From Treponema sp. (lineage in GTDB: Bacteria; Spirochaetota; Spirochaetia; Treponematales; Treponemataceae), in the NCBI GenBank assembly GCA_017614295.1, contig JAGACC010000388.1:1-34088 (forward strand): a stretch of DNA of 34,088 nt, given 5' to 3'. The notes beneath the pieces were generated by a model, which saw only the letters and a list, made by a program, of their open reading frames with translations, searched no databases and had not been told where the DNA came from. How positions within the stretch are numbered: the stretch's first letter is position 1; each line of letters starts with the position of its first letter. Made by a program: the position numbers and the translations under genes. Of the stretch, positions 17,463 to 27,667 are shown in pieces.

Positions 17463-18091
17463 TATTTGCCTCCCTCGTCTTTTGCATCTGAAGTCGCTAC
17501 ATTCTGGAGCTTCTTCTTTGAAATCTTTGAGCGTACAACGGCAGCAACCTGTTCATCACCAAGGAAAACACCAATTTTCTTGATGTTAGCCTTTGTCTCG
17601 GGAATTTTTACCTTCTCGAAGAGGTTTACGCGCTGTGTCGTAGTACGCAGTTCCTTGGAAAGAAGCCTTACCTGCTCTTCTAGCACTTCTGCCTGAAGGT
17701 CAAGCTCCAAAGCCTTTTCCATGCGGTCTGCAGCCATGTCTATCCACAAAGGTGTTGAATAAAGGTCGTAGTCTCCGCGGCCAAAATCTGCACCCTCATA
17801 AATTGGAATCTTTACGCCGGCGATGTTGCCCCAGCCCTTCTTAATGTTCCTTACGGTGACCATCTCGGGCTTGAATGCATCCTGTTCGCCGAAGACGGAA
17901 ATCCATTTTTCAAAGTCCTCTTCCAGAGATTTTTTCTGGGCACGGACTTCCTTGGCTTTTTCGTCTATCGTTCGTATTTCTGACTGCAGCTGCTGTTTTT
18001 TAAGCGTAAGGGTCGGAAGATAGCGCTGGTACATCTTAAGCGCGTCTTTTTGAACCTTCTGCTCATTTTTAGTCAGCTTTATCTTAGCCAT
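17462..18091 (-). CDS. atpD: V/A-type ATP synthase subunit D
   Basis: KLTKNE, LPTLTLKKQQL, NIAGVKIP, ELRTTTQRVNLFEKVKIP. Confidence 0.95.
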   Translation of the reverse strand: MAKIKLTKNEQKVQKDALKMYQRYLPTLTLKKQQLQSEIRTIDEKAKEVRAQKKSLEEDFEKWISVFGEQDAFKPEMVTVRNIKKGWGNIAGVKIPIYEGADFGRGDYDLYSTPLWIDMAADRMEKALELDLQAEVLEEQVRLLSKELRTTTQRVNLFEKVKIPETKANIKKIGVFLGDEQVAAVVRSKISKKKLQNVATSDAKDEGGK

Positions 18092-18110
18092 TAATCAAGC
18101 TCCCAAAAAA

Positions 18111-19406
18111 TTAGTTCTTAGGCCAGAACTGTTCAATAAGTTCAGTCTTAAGGCCTGTTTCCTGCTTTTCAAAACATGAGGCAAGAATCTTCCAGCCGTT
18201 GTCCAAAGCCTCTTCAAGAGGAACGTTTACGGACAAATCCATCATCTGGGATTCAAACATTACGCCGTATTTAAGGAGCTTTTCGTCCCATGCAGACATG
18301 TTGAAACCCATGGACTTCTTTTCCAGAGTATCCTTATACTGGGCGTAAAGCTTAATCATTGCGTCCATAAGGTTGCGGTGGTCTTTTCTTGTCTTACCGT
18401 TTACGTTCTGCTTAAGACGTGAAAGGCTTCCGAATGGCTCGATGCGTCCACCCTTAAGGTAGAACTGGCCTTCCGTAATGTAACCCGTGTTGTCTGGAAC
18501 AGGGTGAGTAACATCGTCACCAGGCATTGTTGTTACGGCAAGAACAGTTACAGATCCCTGGTCTGCGAAGTCTACAGCCTTTTCGTAGCGGGAAGCAAGC
18601 TGGGAATAAAGGTCTCCCGGATAACCGCGGTTTGAAGGAACCTGCTCCTGTGTAATTGCAATTTCCTTCATTGAGTCGGCAAAGTTTGTCATGTCCGTAA
18701 GAAGAACAAGAACATCCTTTCCCTGAAGGGCAAACTGTTCTGCAACTGCAAGTGAAAGGTCAGGAATCTTCATTGCTTCTACAGTAGGGTCTGCAGAAGT
18801 ATGAACGAACATTACCGTCTTGCTAAGAGAGCCGCCCTCTTCGAGAGTGTTCTTAAAGTAAAGGTAGTCGTCATATTTAAGACCCATGCCGCCCAATACG
18901 ATTACGTCTGCCTCTGCCTGCATTGCTATACGGGCAAGCAACTGGTTGTAAGGTTCACCGGAGATTGAGAAGATAGGAATCTTCTGGCTTACGACCAGTG
19001 TGTTGAACATGTCGATCATTGGAATGTTTGTACGCATCATGCGGTTTGCAAGAATACGCTTTGACGGGTTTACGGAAGGACCACCGATTGGAACGAGGTT
19101 TTCCGCAAGAGACGGACCGTGGTCGCGTGGCTCGGCAGAACCGTTAAAAATGCGTCCAAGAAGGTTGTCGCTAAAGGAAACGCGCATGTCGTGGCCAAGA
19201 AAGCGGATCTTGTCGTTTGTAGCAACACCGCGGCCACCTGCAAAAACCTGAAGCGAAACGTTCTCACCGTCGATTTTGTTTACCTCGGCAAGAGACTTTC
19301 CAAAGCGTGTTTCGATTTCGGCAAGTTCGTTGAGCTTTACTCCGTTTGCCTTAACCGTGATAACGCTTCCGTTAATGCTTTCTATTTTGCTGTATACTTT
19401 GTTCAT
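18111..19406 (-). CDS. atpB: V/A-type ATP synthase subunit B
   Basis: [73 protein letters not shown]. Confidence 0.97.
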   Translation of the reverse strand: MNKVYSKIESINGSVITVKANGVKLNELAEIETRFGKSLAEVNKIDGENVSLQVFAGGRGVATNDKIRFLGHDMRVSFSDNLLGRIFNGSAEPRDHGPSLAENLVPIGGPSVNPSKRILANRMMRTNIPMIDMFNTLVVSQKIPIFSISGEPYNQLLARIAMQAEADVIVLGGMGLKYDDYLYFKNTLEEGGSLSKTVMFVHTSADPTVEAMKIPDLSLAVAEQFALQGKDVLVLLTDMTNFADSMKEIAITQEQVPSNRGYPGDLYSQLASRYEKAVDFADQGSVTVLAVTTMPGDDVTHPVPDNTGYITEGQFYLKGGRIEPFGSLSRLKQNVNGKTRKDHRNLMDAMIKLYAQYKDTLEKKSMGFNMSAWDEKLLKYGVMFESQMMDLSVNVPLEEALDNGWKILASCFEKQETGLKTELIEQFWPKN

Positions 19407-21175
19407 TACTGACCATCCTTAAGAAGGGCTTTTACTTCTTCGCTGATTTTAGCTTCTTTTGAAGCAAGAAGGTCGTCGATCATTTTCTCATAGTCCTTGA
19501 ACTTGGCGCTCTTGAATTCTGCGTAGTTCATGTCCTTGAAGTCCTGCTGCAGGTTCGCAAAGAGTGAGCGGGCCTCGTCCTTTTCGCTTACGCCGAAAGA
19601 TGAACCAAGGATTCCTACAATCTTTTCGAACATATATTTCTGGCGCTCTGGACTTGACGCACCTTCAATTTCGTCGAATGAATCCTGCTGCATGTAAACG
19701 GCATCAAGGAATTCACTCTTAAGGTAGAGGATAAAGTCTTCGAGAGAAGTACCTTCTTCGCCAACAACCTTCATCATGGAGCTTACTTCCTGACCGCGCT
19801 TGTAAATCTTACGGGCATATTCAACCCAAGAGGAATTCATTGAAGGCTTGTACTTTGACCATGAATCCAGAGGGTCAATTGAAGGATAGCGGCGTGCATC
19901 GGAGCGTTCGCGGCTCAAACCGTGGAATGCACCAACAACCTTAAGTGTTGCCTGGGTAACAGGTTCCTCAAAGTTACCACCTGCAGGAGAAACAGTACCA
20001 CCGATTGTTACGGAACCGGTTGAACCATCGCGAAGACGTACGATACCTGCACGTTCATAGAAGGATGCTATTGTTGACTCAAGGTATGCAGGGAATGCCT
20101 CTTCACCAGGAATCTCTTCCAAACGACCGGACATTTCGCGCATAGCCTGTGCCCAACGTGATGTTGAGTCTGCAAGAAGAAGAACATGGAGTCCCATCTG
20201 GCGGTAGTATTCAGCAAGGGTTACGCCCGTATAAACCGAAGCTTCGCGGGAAGCAACAGGCATTGAAGACGTATTACAGATGATGATTGTACGCTCCATA
20301 AGGGAACGGCCAGTTCTTGGGTCCTTAAGTTCCGGGAATTCGGTAAGTGTTTCTACAACTTCACCAGCACGCTCACCACAAGCGGCAATAATTACGATGT
20401 CAACGTCTGCGTTACGGCTCGTCGTATGCTGAAGAACGGTCTTACCTGCACCGAACGGACCTGGAATACAGTAGGTACCACCCTTTGCAACCGGGAAGAA
20501 GGTGTCTATAAGGCGGACTTTTGTTACCATTGAATCTGACGGCATAAGGCGTTCAGCATAGCAGTCAACTGCGCGCTTTACAGGCCACTTAAAGCTCATG
20601 CAGATGTCATGGGTCTTGCCCTTTGCATCTGTAAGAGTTGCAATTGTGTCGTGAATCTTATATGAACCGGACTTTGCAACCTTCTTTACCTTGTATGTTC
20701 CAAGGAATGTGTATGGAACCTGAATCTTGTGCGTAAAAGGTCCTTCCGGAACAGAACCAACTATGTCTCCGGCCTGAACCGTATCTCCCTCTTTTGCGAT
20801 AGGCGTAAAGTCCCATTCCTTTTTTTCATCAAGAGCAGGAAGATAGACACCGCGCTCAAGGAAGTAGCCTGAATGCTGGGCAAGAAGCGGAAGCGGGTTC
20901 TGCAAACCGTCGTAAACCTGTCCCAAAAGACCAGGTCCAACTTCTACGCTAAGAAGGTCATCGGTAAATTTAACCTCACAGTCAGTTGAAATACCGTTCG
21001 TCATTTCATAAATCTGCATCTGCGCCGTGTTTCCGCGGATACGGATTACCTCTCCCTTAAGCAGCTTGCCGTCTACGTTGACGTAACCTACTTCGTTGAG
21101 AGATACCTTACCGTTGAACTCTACAGAAACCATGTTTCCGTTTACGGCAACTACTTTGCCTTTTGTATCAGTCAT
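19406..21175 (-). CDS. atpA: V/A-type ATP synthase subunit A (catalytic)
   Basis: Walker [75 protein letters not shown]. Confidence 0.97.
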   Translation of the reverse strand: MTDTKGKVVAVNGNMVSVEFNGKVSLNEVGYVNVDGKLLKGEVIRIRGNTAQMQIYEMTNGISTDCEVKFTDDLLSVEVGPGLLGQVYDGLQNPLPLLAQHSGYFLERGVYLPALDEKKEWDFTPIAKEGDTVQAGDIVGSVPEGPFTHKIQVPYTFLGTYKVKKVAKSGSYKIHDTIATLTDAKGKTHDICMSFKWPVKRAVDCYAERLMPSDSMVTKVRLIDTFFPVAKGGTYCIPGPFGAGKTVLQHTTSRNADVDIVIIAACGERAGEVVETLTEFPELKDPRTGRSLMERTIIICNTSSMPVASREASVYTGVTLAEYYRQMGLHVLLLADSTSRWAQAMREMSGRLEEIPGEEAFPAYLESTIASFYERAGIVRLRDGSTGSVTIGGTVSPAGGNFEEPVTQATLKVVGAFHGLSRERSDARRYPSIDPLDSWSKYKPSMNSSWVEYARKIYKRGQEVSSMMKVVGEEGTSLEDFILYLKSEFLDAVYMQQDSFDEIEGASSPERQKYMFEKIVGILGSSFGVSEKDEARSLFANLQQDFKDMNYAEFKSAKFKDYEKMIDDLLASKEAKISEEVKALLKDGQ

Positions 21176-21720
21176 TTCTTTTCTCCAAGAATCTCGTCAT
21201 AAATTTTGTGGTAAGAAGCGAGTCCTAAATCTCTGTTAAACTTCTTCATACGTTCAGCAAGCATGAGCTTTAGACCGTAGCAGTAAACCGCATCAACGGA
21301 AAAAATATCCAGAGGTGCGATTTTATCCAGAACGCCAAGGCGGTATTCATTAAGATACTGCTCGGCGCTAAGCGGACTGTCCATGCCTGTTGCCGTACGC
21401 GCTGCCTGAACAACCTCTCCGTCGCTGGAGATAGGAATGTCCTTGGCTTCCTTTTTCATCTTGAGTGCGCGCACTTGGGCAAGGGCAAACCTTAAGTTGC
21501 GTTCCTTTGTATACCATTGGTCAAGGAAAGCAGAACCTGTTGGCTCACCTTTTTTTGGAGGCTCAAGGGAAAGGCTCATTGCAGCTTTTGCCGCACCGCT
21601 GGACATAAAGCGGGAGCACAAGTCCTTAAAATACTCCGTCGTTATGGGAAGTTTGGAATTACTGTCGCTGTTTACCGAAAAAGCCGGCAACTGGGCTACC
21701 AGATAATACAAATGTTCCAC
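21172..21720 (-). CDS. DUF2764-like protein (putative V/A-ATPase subunit C equivalent)
   Basis: Lies between E and A with overlapping stop/start codons (TAGTG and ATGA); YYLVAQLP N-terminus, ERNLRFALAQVRA, FSVDAVYCYGLKL. Confidence 0.8.
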   Translation of the reverse strand: MEHLYYLVAQLPAFSVNSDSNSKLPITTEYFKDLCSRFMSSGAAKAAMSLSLEPPKKGEPTGSAFLDQWYTKERNLRFALAQVRALKMKKEAKDIPISSDGEVVQAARTATGMDSPLSAEQYLNEYRLGVLDKIAPLDIFSVDAVYCYGLKLMLAERMKKFNRDLGLASYHKIYDEILGEKK

Positions 21721-22481
21721 TATTTCTTTCCTTTTGCAGCAGTCTTTCTTGCTGTTGTCTTAGCAGCAGTTTTTGCAGTCGCCTTAGAAGCAGGTCTTCC
21801 GGGCTTCTTTGCGGAAGGGGCTTCCTCTTCGTCTGAAGAATCAAATTCAACTCTTTCTGAAGGGATTCCCTTTGCGGCATTCATCATGAGCTGAGTCGTG
21901 CGGGGGTTCAAATATGAGCTGAACAAACCTGCAACCTCATCAGCGCTAAAGTCGTAGAAGGCTCTTCCGTCTTTTGTTCCGATTCTGAATCCTGAATTCA
22001 AAGAATCATCACCCTTGATTACGAGGCCCTTTGAAATCTGGCTCTTGAGTGCAGTCTTTACGGTGCTTTCCAAAGCCTTCAGATCCTTTGCAGGAAGAAG
22101 GACAGACAAATCGTTTTCTCCGGATTTTGAAGAAACCCAAGCCTTAACTGTTTCCGGAATAAGTTTCTTGAGCAAATCCTTGTCAAATGCTTTTTCTGCC
22201 TCTGCCGTTACCAAAGCAGAGATTTCCCTGTTGATTCCTTCACGGAAAGAGATAATCAGGTTGCGTCCAGCCTGCTCTATGGCATCTTCGCTGGCTTTTT
22301 CCATTCTTTCAGTTTCCGCCTTGGCATTCTTAATGATGCTGTCAGCCTTTGCCTCTGCTTCCTTGATGATGGAAGCGGCTTTATCTTCCGCTTCTGTAAC
22401 AATCTTCTGCGCAGAAGTCTCCGCGGTGGCAACACCATCTCTTTTGATCTTGTCGATCAATTCCTGTAACTGGACGTCCAT
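21720..22481 (-). CDS. atpE: V/A-type ATP synthase subunit E with an extra C-terminal Lys/Ala/Thr-rich tail
   Basis: SD GAGGT then ATG 22481: MDVQLQELIDKIKRDGV, a coiled coil, SGFRIG..DG...YDFS....A.LFSSYLNPR, then about 50 extra residues. Confidence 0.9.
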   Translation of the reverse strand: MDVQLQELIDKIKRDGVATAETSAQKIVTEAEDKAASIIKEAEAKADSIIKNAKAETERMEKASEDAIEQAGRNLIISFREGINREISALVTAEAEKAFDKDLLKKLIPETVKAWVSSKSGENDLSVLLPAKDLKALESTVKTALKSQISKGLVIKGDDSLNSGFRIGTKDGRAFYDFSADEVAGLFSSYLNPRTTQLMMNAAKGIPSERVEFDSSDEEEAPSAKKPGRPASKATAKTAAKTTARKTAAKGKK

Positions 22482-22589
22482 TGTGACCTCTCTATTTTCA
22501 TTAAAATATAACTTTTTCCATGGCAAAACAATGCCGTATAATTCATTACCGCAAAACAAAACTGAATTGCGGAAAAAATCCAACACTAA

Positions 22590-22631
22590 TTTAGAAAAAA
22601 CAAGGCATCCTGTAAAGCCCAGCCTTTTCTA
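22590..22631 (-). terminator. Possible terminator after galM
   Basis: Minus strand AAGGC...GCCTT followed by GTTTTTTC; the stem is short and the loop large. Confidence 0.3.
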
Positions 22632-23678
22632 GAACTCGAATGCGTACTGCGTAACCTGGCGGTACTTTTCTCCCGGACGCAAAATGCATGAAGGGAAGTC
22701 GCTCTTGTTAGGAGAATCCGGATACGCCTCCGCTTCCAGACACAAAGCCCCGTGCTTCTGGTAAACAAAACCATTCTTTCCGTGAACATTGTTCAAGAAA
22801 TTGGCTGTATACAATTGTACACCCGGTTCCGTGGTTTTTACAACCATTTTTCTTCCCGAAGCGGGATCTTTTACGATTGCGGTAAGGTTAAGCTTCTTTT
22901 CCGGAGTAAAACCGTCTATGCAGTAGCAATGGTCATATCCCATGCCTGTCTTAGCAATATCCCTGCCTATAAGATGGGGCTTCTTAAAGTCGTACGGGGT
23001 TCCCTCAACGTCTATAAGCTTGCCTGTAGGAATAAGCTTGTCGCTAGGTTCAACATACTTACTGCAGAACATCTGAAGCTCCTGGTCTTCTATTGAACCG
23101 CCAGCATAGCCCTTTAGGTTGAAATATGCATGGTTTGTAAGATTTATTGGCGTTGCCTTGTCTGTTTCCGCCTCGTATTCAATTGTAAGCGCATTGTCGT
23201 CGCTAAGGGTATATGTTACGCTAGCCTTTACCGTTCCTGGGAATTTCTGCTCTCCGTCGGGACTTATATGGGTAAACTTAACGCCTATACCATTCTGGGT
23301 ATTAACCTTCTTGGCCTTCCATACTTTCTTTTCCCAGCGGTCAAAACCACCGTGGAGCATGTTTTCACCGTTGTCATTCTTGTCCAAATCATACTTTACC
23401 CCGTCCAAAGTGAACGAAGCACCGCCGATTCTGTTTGCAAAACGACCTACGGTAGCGCCAAAGCTGCAGTCATCGCGAATGAATCCGTCCAGCGTTGAAA
23501 AGCCCAGAAGAACATCCACGTCACCACCACCCTTGGCCGGCAAGAGAATGCTTGTAAGTATGGCCCCGTAGTTTGTTACGGAGACACTCATTTTTCCATT
23601 GGAAATTGTAAAAAGATGAATTTTTGTGCCGTCGGACAAAAGACCGTACCGGGATTTCTTTAACTTTGAAATACGCAT
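22629..23678 (-). CDS. galM: Aldose 1-epimerase (galactose mutarotase)
   Basis: NYGA, GATVGRFANRI, LHGG, FPG, NLTNHAYFNL, GYDHCY, PGVQLYTAN, LCLE. Start at ATG 23678. Confidence 0.93.
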   Translation of the reverse strand: MRISKLKKSRYGLLSDGTKIHLFTISNGKMSVSVTNYGAILTSILLPAKGGGDVDVLLGFSTLDGFIRDDCSFGATVGRFANRIGGASFTLDGVKYDLDKNDNGENMLHGGFDRWEKKVWKAKKVNTQNGIGVKFTHISPDGEQKFPGTVKASVTYTLSDDNALTIEYEAETDKATPINLTNHAYFNLKGYAGGSIEDQELQMFCSKYVEPSDKLIPTGKLIDVEGTPYDFKKPHLIGRDIAKTGMGYDHCYCIDGFTPEKKLNLTAIVKDPASGRKMVVKTTEPGVQLYTANFLNNVHGKNGFVYQKHGALCLEAEAYPDSPNKSDFPSCILRPGEKYRQVTQYAFEF

Positions 23679-23684
23679 AAAAAC

Positions 23685-23712
23685 ATTATAGCGCACTTTT
23701 AGGAAAATTCAA
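23685..23712 (-). promoter_or_regulatory. Sigma70 promoter for galM (apparently leaderless)
   Basis: TTGAAT-16 nt-TATAAT, ending 6 nt before ATG 23678; no SD. Confidence 0.65.
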
Positions 23713-24547
23713 GCATTAATTTTATTTCTTGAACAGTTCTGCCCAATTTTGATGCGATTTCTTCTTCCGTCATGCCAAGAGCAGCATATTCCTGAACCTG
23801 GCGGTTTATGCTCTTCTTTACAACGACGGGGTTCTTTGCGCGGATAATCTCTGGTTCTCCAGAAGGCCTTGCGCTTTCCTCCACATTTTTAGCGGAAGAT
23901 TCCACCACTTCTTCATTAGAAGCGGAATTCTCGGCGGAAAAGAGGTTACCCTGCATTTGCTCATTCTTATAGCGGGATGCAAGAGAAGCAGACCTGCCAC
24001 CAGTCTTTGCCCTGTCAGGAAGCTCGGATGCAGGTGAATCCACAACGGCGTTTGTCTGAAAAAGCAGATCTATTCCGGAAGAAGAGGGCTTGCTCCTTGT
24101 TCTGCCAACAGGTTTTTCTGGGGATTTTCGTGTAGAAACAGGCTTTTTTGTTTCGCTGCGCCTTGACTTTGCAGAAGCGGATTTTTCTTCCTTTTTTTCT
24201 GCCAAGTCTGAAGGATATTCTGGGTCTGCACTAGCGGATATTCTGCTTTCAAATTCCAGGGATTTCTTTGTGGCTTCTATTTCTCCGTTCAAGAGTGCAA
24301 TCCTACGCTCAGCTTCCTGCTGAACCTGGAGCGTCTCTTCCTGAACGTCCTTAAGCATTTTGATTGAATCGTTAACAAGGCCAACATTGCGCTCAGCGTT
24401 GCGGTTCAAGTCCATGAGCATATTGTCCATGATTTCACGAGTCTTTTCGATTATCTTGTCGGTTGAAAACAAACGCTTGAACCTTATGAGCATTATGACC
24501 CACAGGAGGATATTAAAAGCGCAAAGCAACAAAGCAACGACTACCAA
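23699..24547 (-). CDS. Flagellar-cluster membrane protein, SwrB/DUF6115-like architecture
   Basis: N-terminal TM helix, coiled coil, low-complexity linker, C-terminal HTH-like GMTEEEIASKLGRTVQEIKLMLEF; last gene of the fliA-fapA block. Confidence 0.6.
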   Translation of the reverse strand: MVVVALLLCAFNILLWVIMLIRFKRLFSTDKIIEKTREIMDNMLMDLNRNAERNVGLVNDSIKMLKDVQEETLQVQQEAERRIALLNGEIEATKKSLEFESRISASADPEYPSDLAEKKEEKSASAKSRRSETKKPVSTRKSPEKPVGRTRSKPSSSGIDLLFQTNAVVDSPASELPDRAKTGGRSASLASRYKNEQMQGNLFSAENSASNEEVVESSAKNVEESARPSGEPEIIRAKNPVVVKKSINRQVQEYAALGMTEEEIASKLGRTVQEIKLMLEFS

Positions 24548-24550
24548 GCC

Positions 24551-24895
24551 CTACCCCGTTATATCTACATGAAGCCCCAGCCTTGGATCCGAAATTTCCT
24601 GCTGCCCGTCACTTTTTTTATCTTCTTCGTCAGAGGAACGCCTCTTCTTGCCCTTTCCCTGGTAAAGAGAAGAACCTCCACCGGATGAGCCGCCGTCCTT
24701 TTTGATTTTTGTGGATGTTGACTCATTCTTTGCCGCTTCCTGAACGGTTTTTGACTTTTCCAAATTGTCAATAGCGCCCTTATCAAGCGTAGCCTGGTTC
24801 ATTGCCTGAGCTACCTGATTTTGAGACGCATTGAATTTTGCAACGTTGTCCATCTGTGTATAGACAAGCGACAAATCAATTGGATGAATAGCCAT
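24551..24895 (-). CDS. Conserved small hypothetical protein downstream of fapA
   Basis: MAIHPIDL N-terminus, charged/Gly-Ser linker, C-terminal LGLHVDITG; overlaps the fapA stop. Confidence 0.7.
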   Translation of the reverse strand: MAIHPIDLSLVYTQMDNVAKFNASQNQVAQAMNQATLDKGAIDNLEKSKTVQEAAKNESTSTKIKKDGGSSGGGSSLYQGKGKKRRSSDEEDKKSDGQQEISDPRLGLHVDITG

Positions 24896-26846
24896 CTGGT
24901 GCCTTTATATCATTGGCGGCCTGAGAAGGATCAAACTTGCCGCGACGGACAAAGCCGTTTTCGTAATAGAACGTTACAGACTTGCAGTCAGCCTTAACTT
25001 CATCCTTTTCATCACGGACATATATTTTTGAACCCGCATAAACAGTTCCGCTGGCATTGACCTTTCCAACAACCTTAAGCTCCCTAAGGCGTTTTTCCAG
25101 ATCATTAATCTCTTCTGTCATCTGGTTGGTCTGCTCTGTAATTTCCGTCTTACGGGTAAGGAACTGGCTTAAAGTCTGCTCCTTTTCTACAGGGAGTGAC
25201 CTTCGGACCTTCTTCTGGTTTTCGAGGGTCTCTATGTTCTTGTCTACTTCTTCAAGTTCCTTTACAAGAGCTGCCTGCTGTTCCTGAAGCGCAAGGAGCC
25301 TTGCCTTTGACTTAGGATCAAAGCCTACCTCAAGGATTGTCTCTGTACCGCCAGCCGGAGCACCAATGTTCTTTGCCGTGATTTCTTCCGTAGCAAAGAG
25401 GTGGCCACCAATAATCTGAGCACGCTTTCCGCGTACAACAATCTTCTTCATGGCGGAAACCTGGGAATTCATGATGTTGTCATTTACGACGACATTCTCT
25501 CCAGCTTCAACCTTTGCGTTCTGGATAAAGCGGGCCCAGACAGACTTTGGCGTAGAAACCATGCCTTCGTCGCGTCCCATGATACCCTGGGAAATAACGA
25601 TGTCTCCACCGGATTCGATGCGGCAGTTACCTACAGAACCGTATATTTCAATATTACCGTCGGCCTTGATGTTGTAGCCGTCTTCAACGTTTCCGTGAAC
25701 AATAACTGTACCAAAATATGTAATGTTACCAGTCTTGATGTTAACGCCCTTAACTTCCTTAATAGGTTCAACACAGATTTTTCCGCTTACAATCAAAACT
25801 TCACCGTTGCAAGCAGCGAGTACAGTAACTCCGTCTGAATCCAGCTTTACGTTCTGGCCAAGAGGAATCTGTATGTCTTTTCCGTTTGTAGCTTCAAGGT
25901 AGCGGCCCATAACGGTCTTTCCACCCTTACCTCTCTGCGGCTGAATTTTCTGTGCAAGGGGCTGGCCTTCAACAACGTTCTGAATAAGGTTGAGTTCCTT
26001 AAAGTCCATCTGACCGGTTTCACTTTCCTTAATCTTAAGCTTTGAGCGGTCAGTTTCAAAGTTGTACTTCATGTGGGCATCTGTTCCGTTAACAGGAGCA
26101 ATGGCCGTAGCAACCTCATAAGGTATGTGGTAAACAGGATTGTCTACAAATTCGGCAATCTTTTCTTCGTTTATACCGGCAACAACACCCTGGCTTTCCA
26201 GAGCACGGATTATGTCGTTTGCAGAAATTTCAGCACCACTCATGGATGGCGGAGAAACACTGATTGTTGCGTACATTTCGTCCTTGTCTATGTCTACCGC
26301 CATAACGGCATCACCGGCAGCGGCACGTGCGTACTCACCAATCTTTACATAACCACCGTCAGTTCCTTCCTTACAGCACTTCTTAATCAATGCCTCATCA
26401 ACTTCATCGGTATCCGGGCGCTTGGAAGCAGAAATTGCATCGTTAGCGGCAACCGGCAAACCGTCACCAACCGGAAGGATAACGTGAATGTAAATACCGT
26501 CCTTGAAGTGGCGGATGTAGAACCTTCCGTCTGCATTGACGATTTTGTTTTCTTCTGCAGCTTCTTCCATAGCTAGCTGTGCCTGCTTGGCAATCTTTTT
26601 CTTCTGCATGAATTTTGGGTTTTCATAGATCAAAAGTTTCCAAGGCTTTTTTGCAAGACCCGCTATACCCTGGAAGCCCTTTTCCAGAACTTCATACTCG
26701 AGGTTTGCAACTTTTGTCTCCAGCTGAACGGAAGCATCTGCAAGACATTCTTCTATTGTATCCGCACGGACTTCAACCGAGTGAATTTCTCTGTCAACTT
26801 CCAGCTGGGATTCCATTTCCAAACGGAGCTTATCTAACGTTACCAT
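24876..26846 (-). CDS. FapA/DUF342 family protein with an N-terminal Jag_N-like domain
   Basis: Jag_N-like VEVRADTIEECLADAS...YEVLEKGFQGIAGLAKKPWKL; FapA-type IDKDEMYATI, MDFKELNLIQNVVEGQ, TGNITYFGTVIVHGNVEDGYNIKADGNIEIYG, GQIIGG-like AQIIGG, then a coiled coil; SD AAGGAG. Confidence 0.88.
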   Translation of the reverse strand: MVTLDKLRLEMESQLEVDREIHSVEVRADTIEECLADASVQLETKVANLEYEVLEKGFQGIAGLAKKPWKLLIYENPKFMQKKKIAKQAQLAMEEAAEENKIVNADGRFYIRHFKDGIYIHVILPVGDGLPVAANDAISASKRPDTDEVDEALIKKCCKEGTDGGYVKIGEYARAAAGDAVMAVDIDKDEMYATISVSPPSMSGAEISANDIIRALESQGVVAGINEEKIAEFVDNPVYHIPYEVATAIAPVNGTDAHMKYNFETDRSKLKIKESETGQMDFKELNLIQNVVEGQPLAQKIQPQRGKGGKTVMGRYLEATNGKDIQIPLGQNVKLDSDGVTVLAACNGEVLIVSGKICVEPIKEVKGVNIKTGNITYFGTVIVHGNVEDGYNIKADGNIEIYGSVGNCRIESGGDIVISQGIMGRDEGMVSTPKSVWARFIQNAKVEAGENVVVNDNIMNSQVSAMKKIVVRGKRAQIIGGHLFATEEITAKNIGAPAGGTETILEVGFDPKSKARLLALQEQQAALVKELEEVDKNIETLENQKKVRRSLPVEKEQTLSQFLTRKTEITEQTNQMTEEINDLEKRLRELKVVGKVNASGTVYAGSKIYVRDEKDEVKADCKSVTFYYENGFVRRGKFDPSQAANDIKAPDGYSSN

Positions 26847-26855
26847 GCTTTCTCC

Positions 26856-27647
26856 TTAGAAAATACCTTTGCGGAGGCTAGTAAGCTTTGCACGCAGGCG
26901 CATATTGGCTTTTGTATGAAGCTGGCTTATACGGCTTTCGCTTACGTTAAGAACCTGGCCTATTTCCCTAAACGTCAGGTCTTCATTATAGTAAAGGACA
27001 ATTACCATCTTTTCATTTTTGGGGAGCTCGTTGATTGCCTGGATTATTACCTTGCGCACTTCCTCCCTTTCAACAATAACATCAGGATTAAGGCTGGAAG
27101 GAGATTCTATGTTGTCTCCAATAGACATGTGGTCGCTGTCGTCCCCTGAATACCACACGTCGTTAAGGGAAAGAACGCTGGTTCCGCTAACCTTCATAAT
27201 CGTAGTCTGGTATTCAGATTCGGTCATATTCATAGCCTTTGCAATCTCTGCATCGGTAGCGGTACGGCCAAGCTGAGCTTCCAGTTCAACAATAGTATCC
27301 TCTATTTCCCTTGATTTTTGCCTTACTGAACGTGGAACCCAGTCCAGCTCTCTTAATTCATCAAAAATAGCGCCACGGATTCTTGTAACTGCATAGGTCT
27401 TGAATTTTACGTTCTTGTCGGGATCGAATTTGTTTATTGCATCCAAAAGTCCAAACTGACCAAAGCCGATCAAGTCTTCATACTCAACGCTGTCCGGCAT
27501 ACCAGTCTTTACCTTTCCGGCGACATATTTTACGAGAGGCATATATTGGCGGATAAATTTGTCACGGATTTGTGAAGACCTGGTCTTCTTGAATTCGTGC
27601 CAAAGTTCATCTTCTGTCTTTTCTTCATCCGTAAGCGAATTACCCAT
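26856..27647 (-). CDS. fliA: RNA polymerase sigma-28 factor (FliA/WhiG family)
   Basis: YMPLVKYVA, DLIGFGQFGLLDAINKFD, FKTYAVTRIRGAIFDELRELDWVPRSVR, LYYNEDLTFREIGQVLNVSESRISQLH. Start is ATG 27647 or 27650. Confidence 0.95.
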   Translation of the reverse strand: MGNSLTDEEKTEDELWHEFKKTRSSQIRDKFIRQYMPLVKYVAGKVKTGMPDSVEYEDLIGFGQFGLLDAINKFDPDKNVKFKTYAVTRIRGAIFDELRELDWVPRSVRQKSREIEDTIVELEAQLGRTATDAEIAKAMNMTESEYQTTIMKVSGTSVLSLNDVWYSGDDSDHMSIGDNIESPSSLNPDVIVEREEVRKVIIQAINELPKNEKMVIVLYYNEDLTFREIGQVLNVSESRISQLHTKANMRLRAKLTSLRKGIF

Positions 27648-27667
27648 CATCCTCACCTTTATATTAT

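Noticed and set aside
22482-22586. 35-aa N-terminal extension of subunit E in the ORF track
   Set aside because: A clear SD (GAGGT) precedes ATG 22481, which gives the typical MDVQLQELIDKIK start.
22015-23571. Plus-strand ORFs of 114-205 aa opposite atpE and galM
   Set aside because: Antisense shadows with no independent support.
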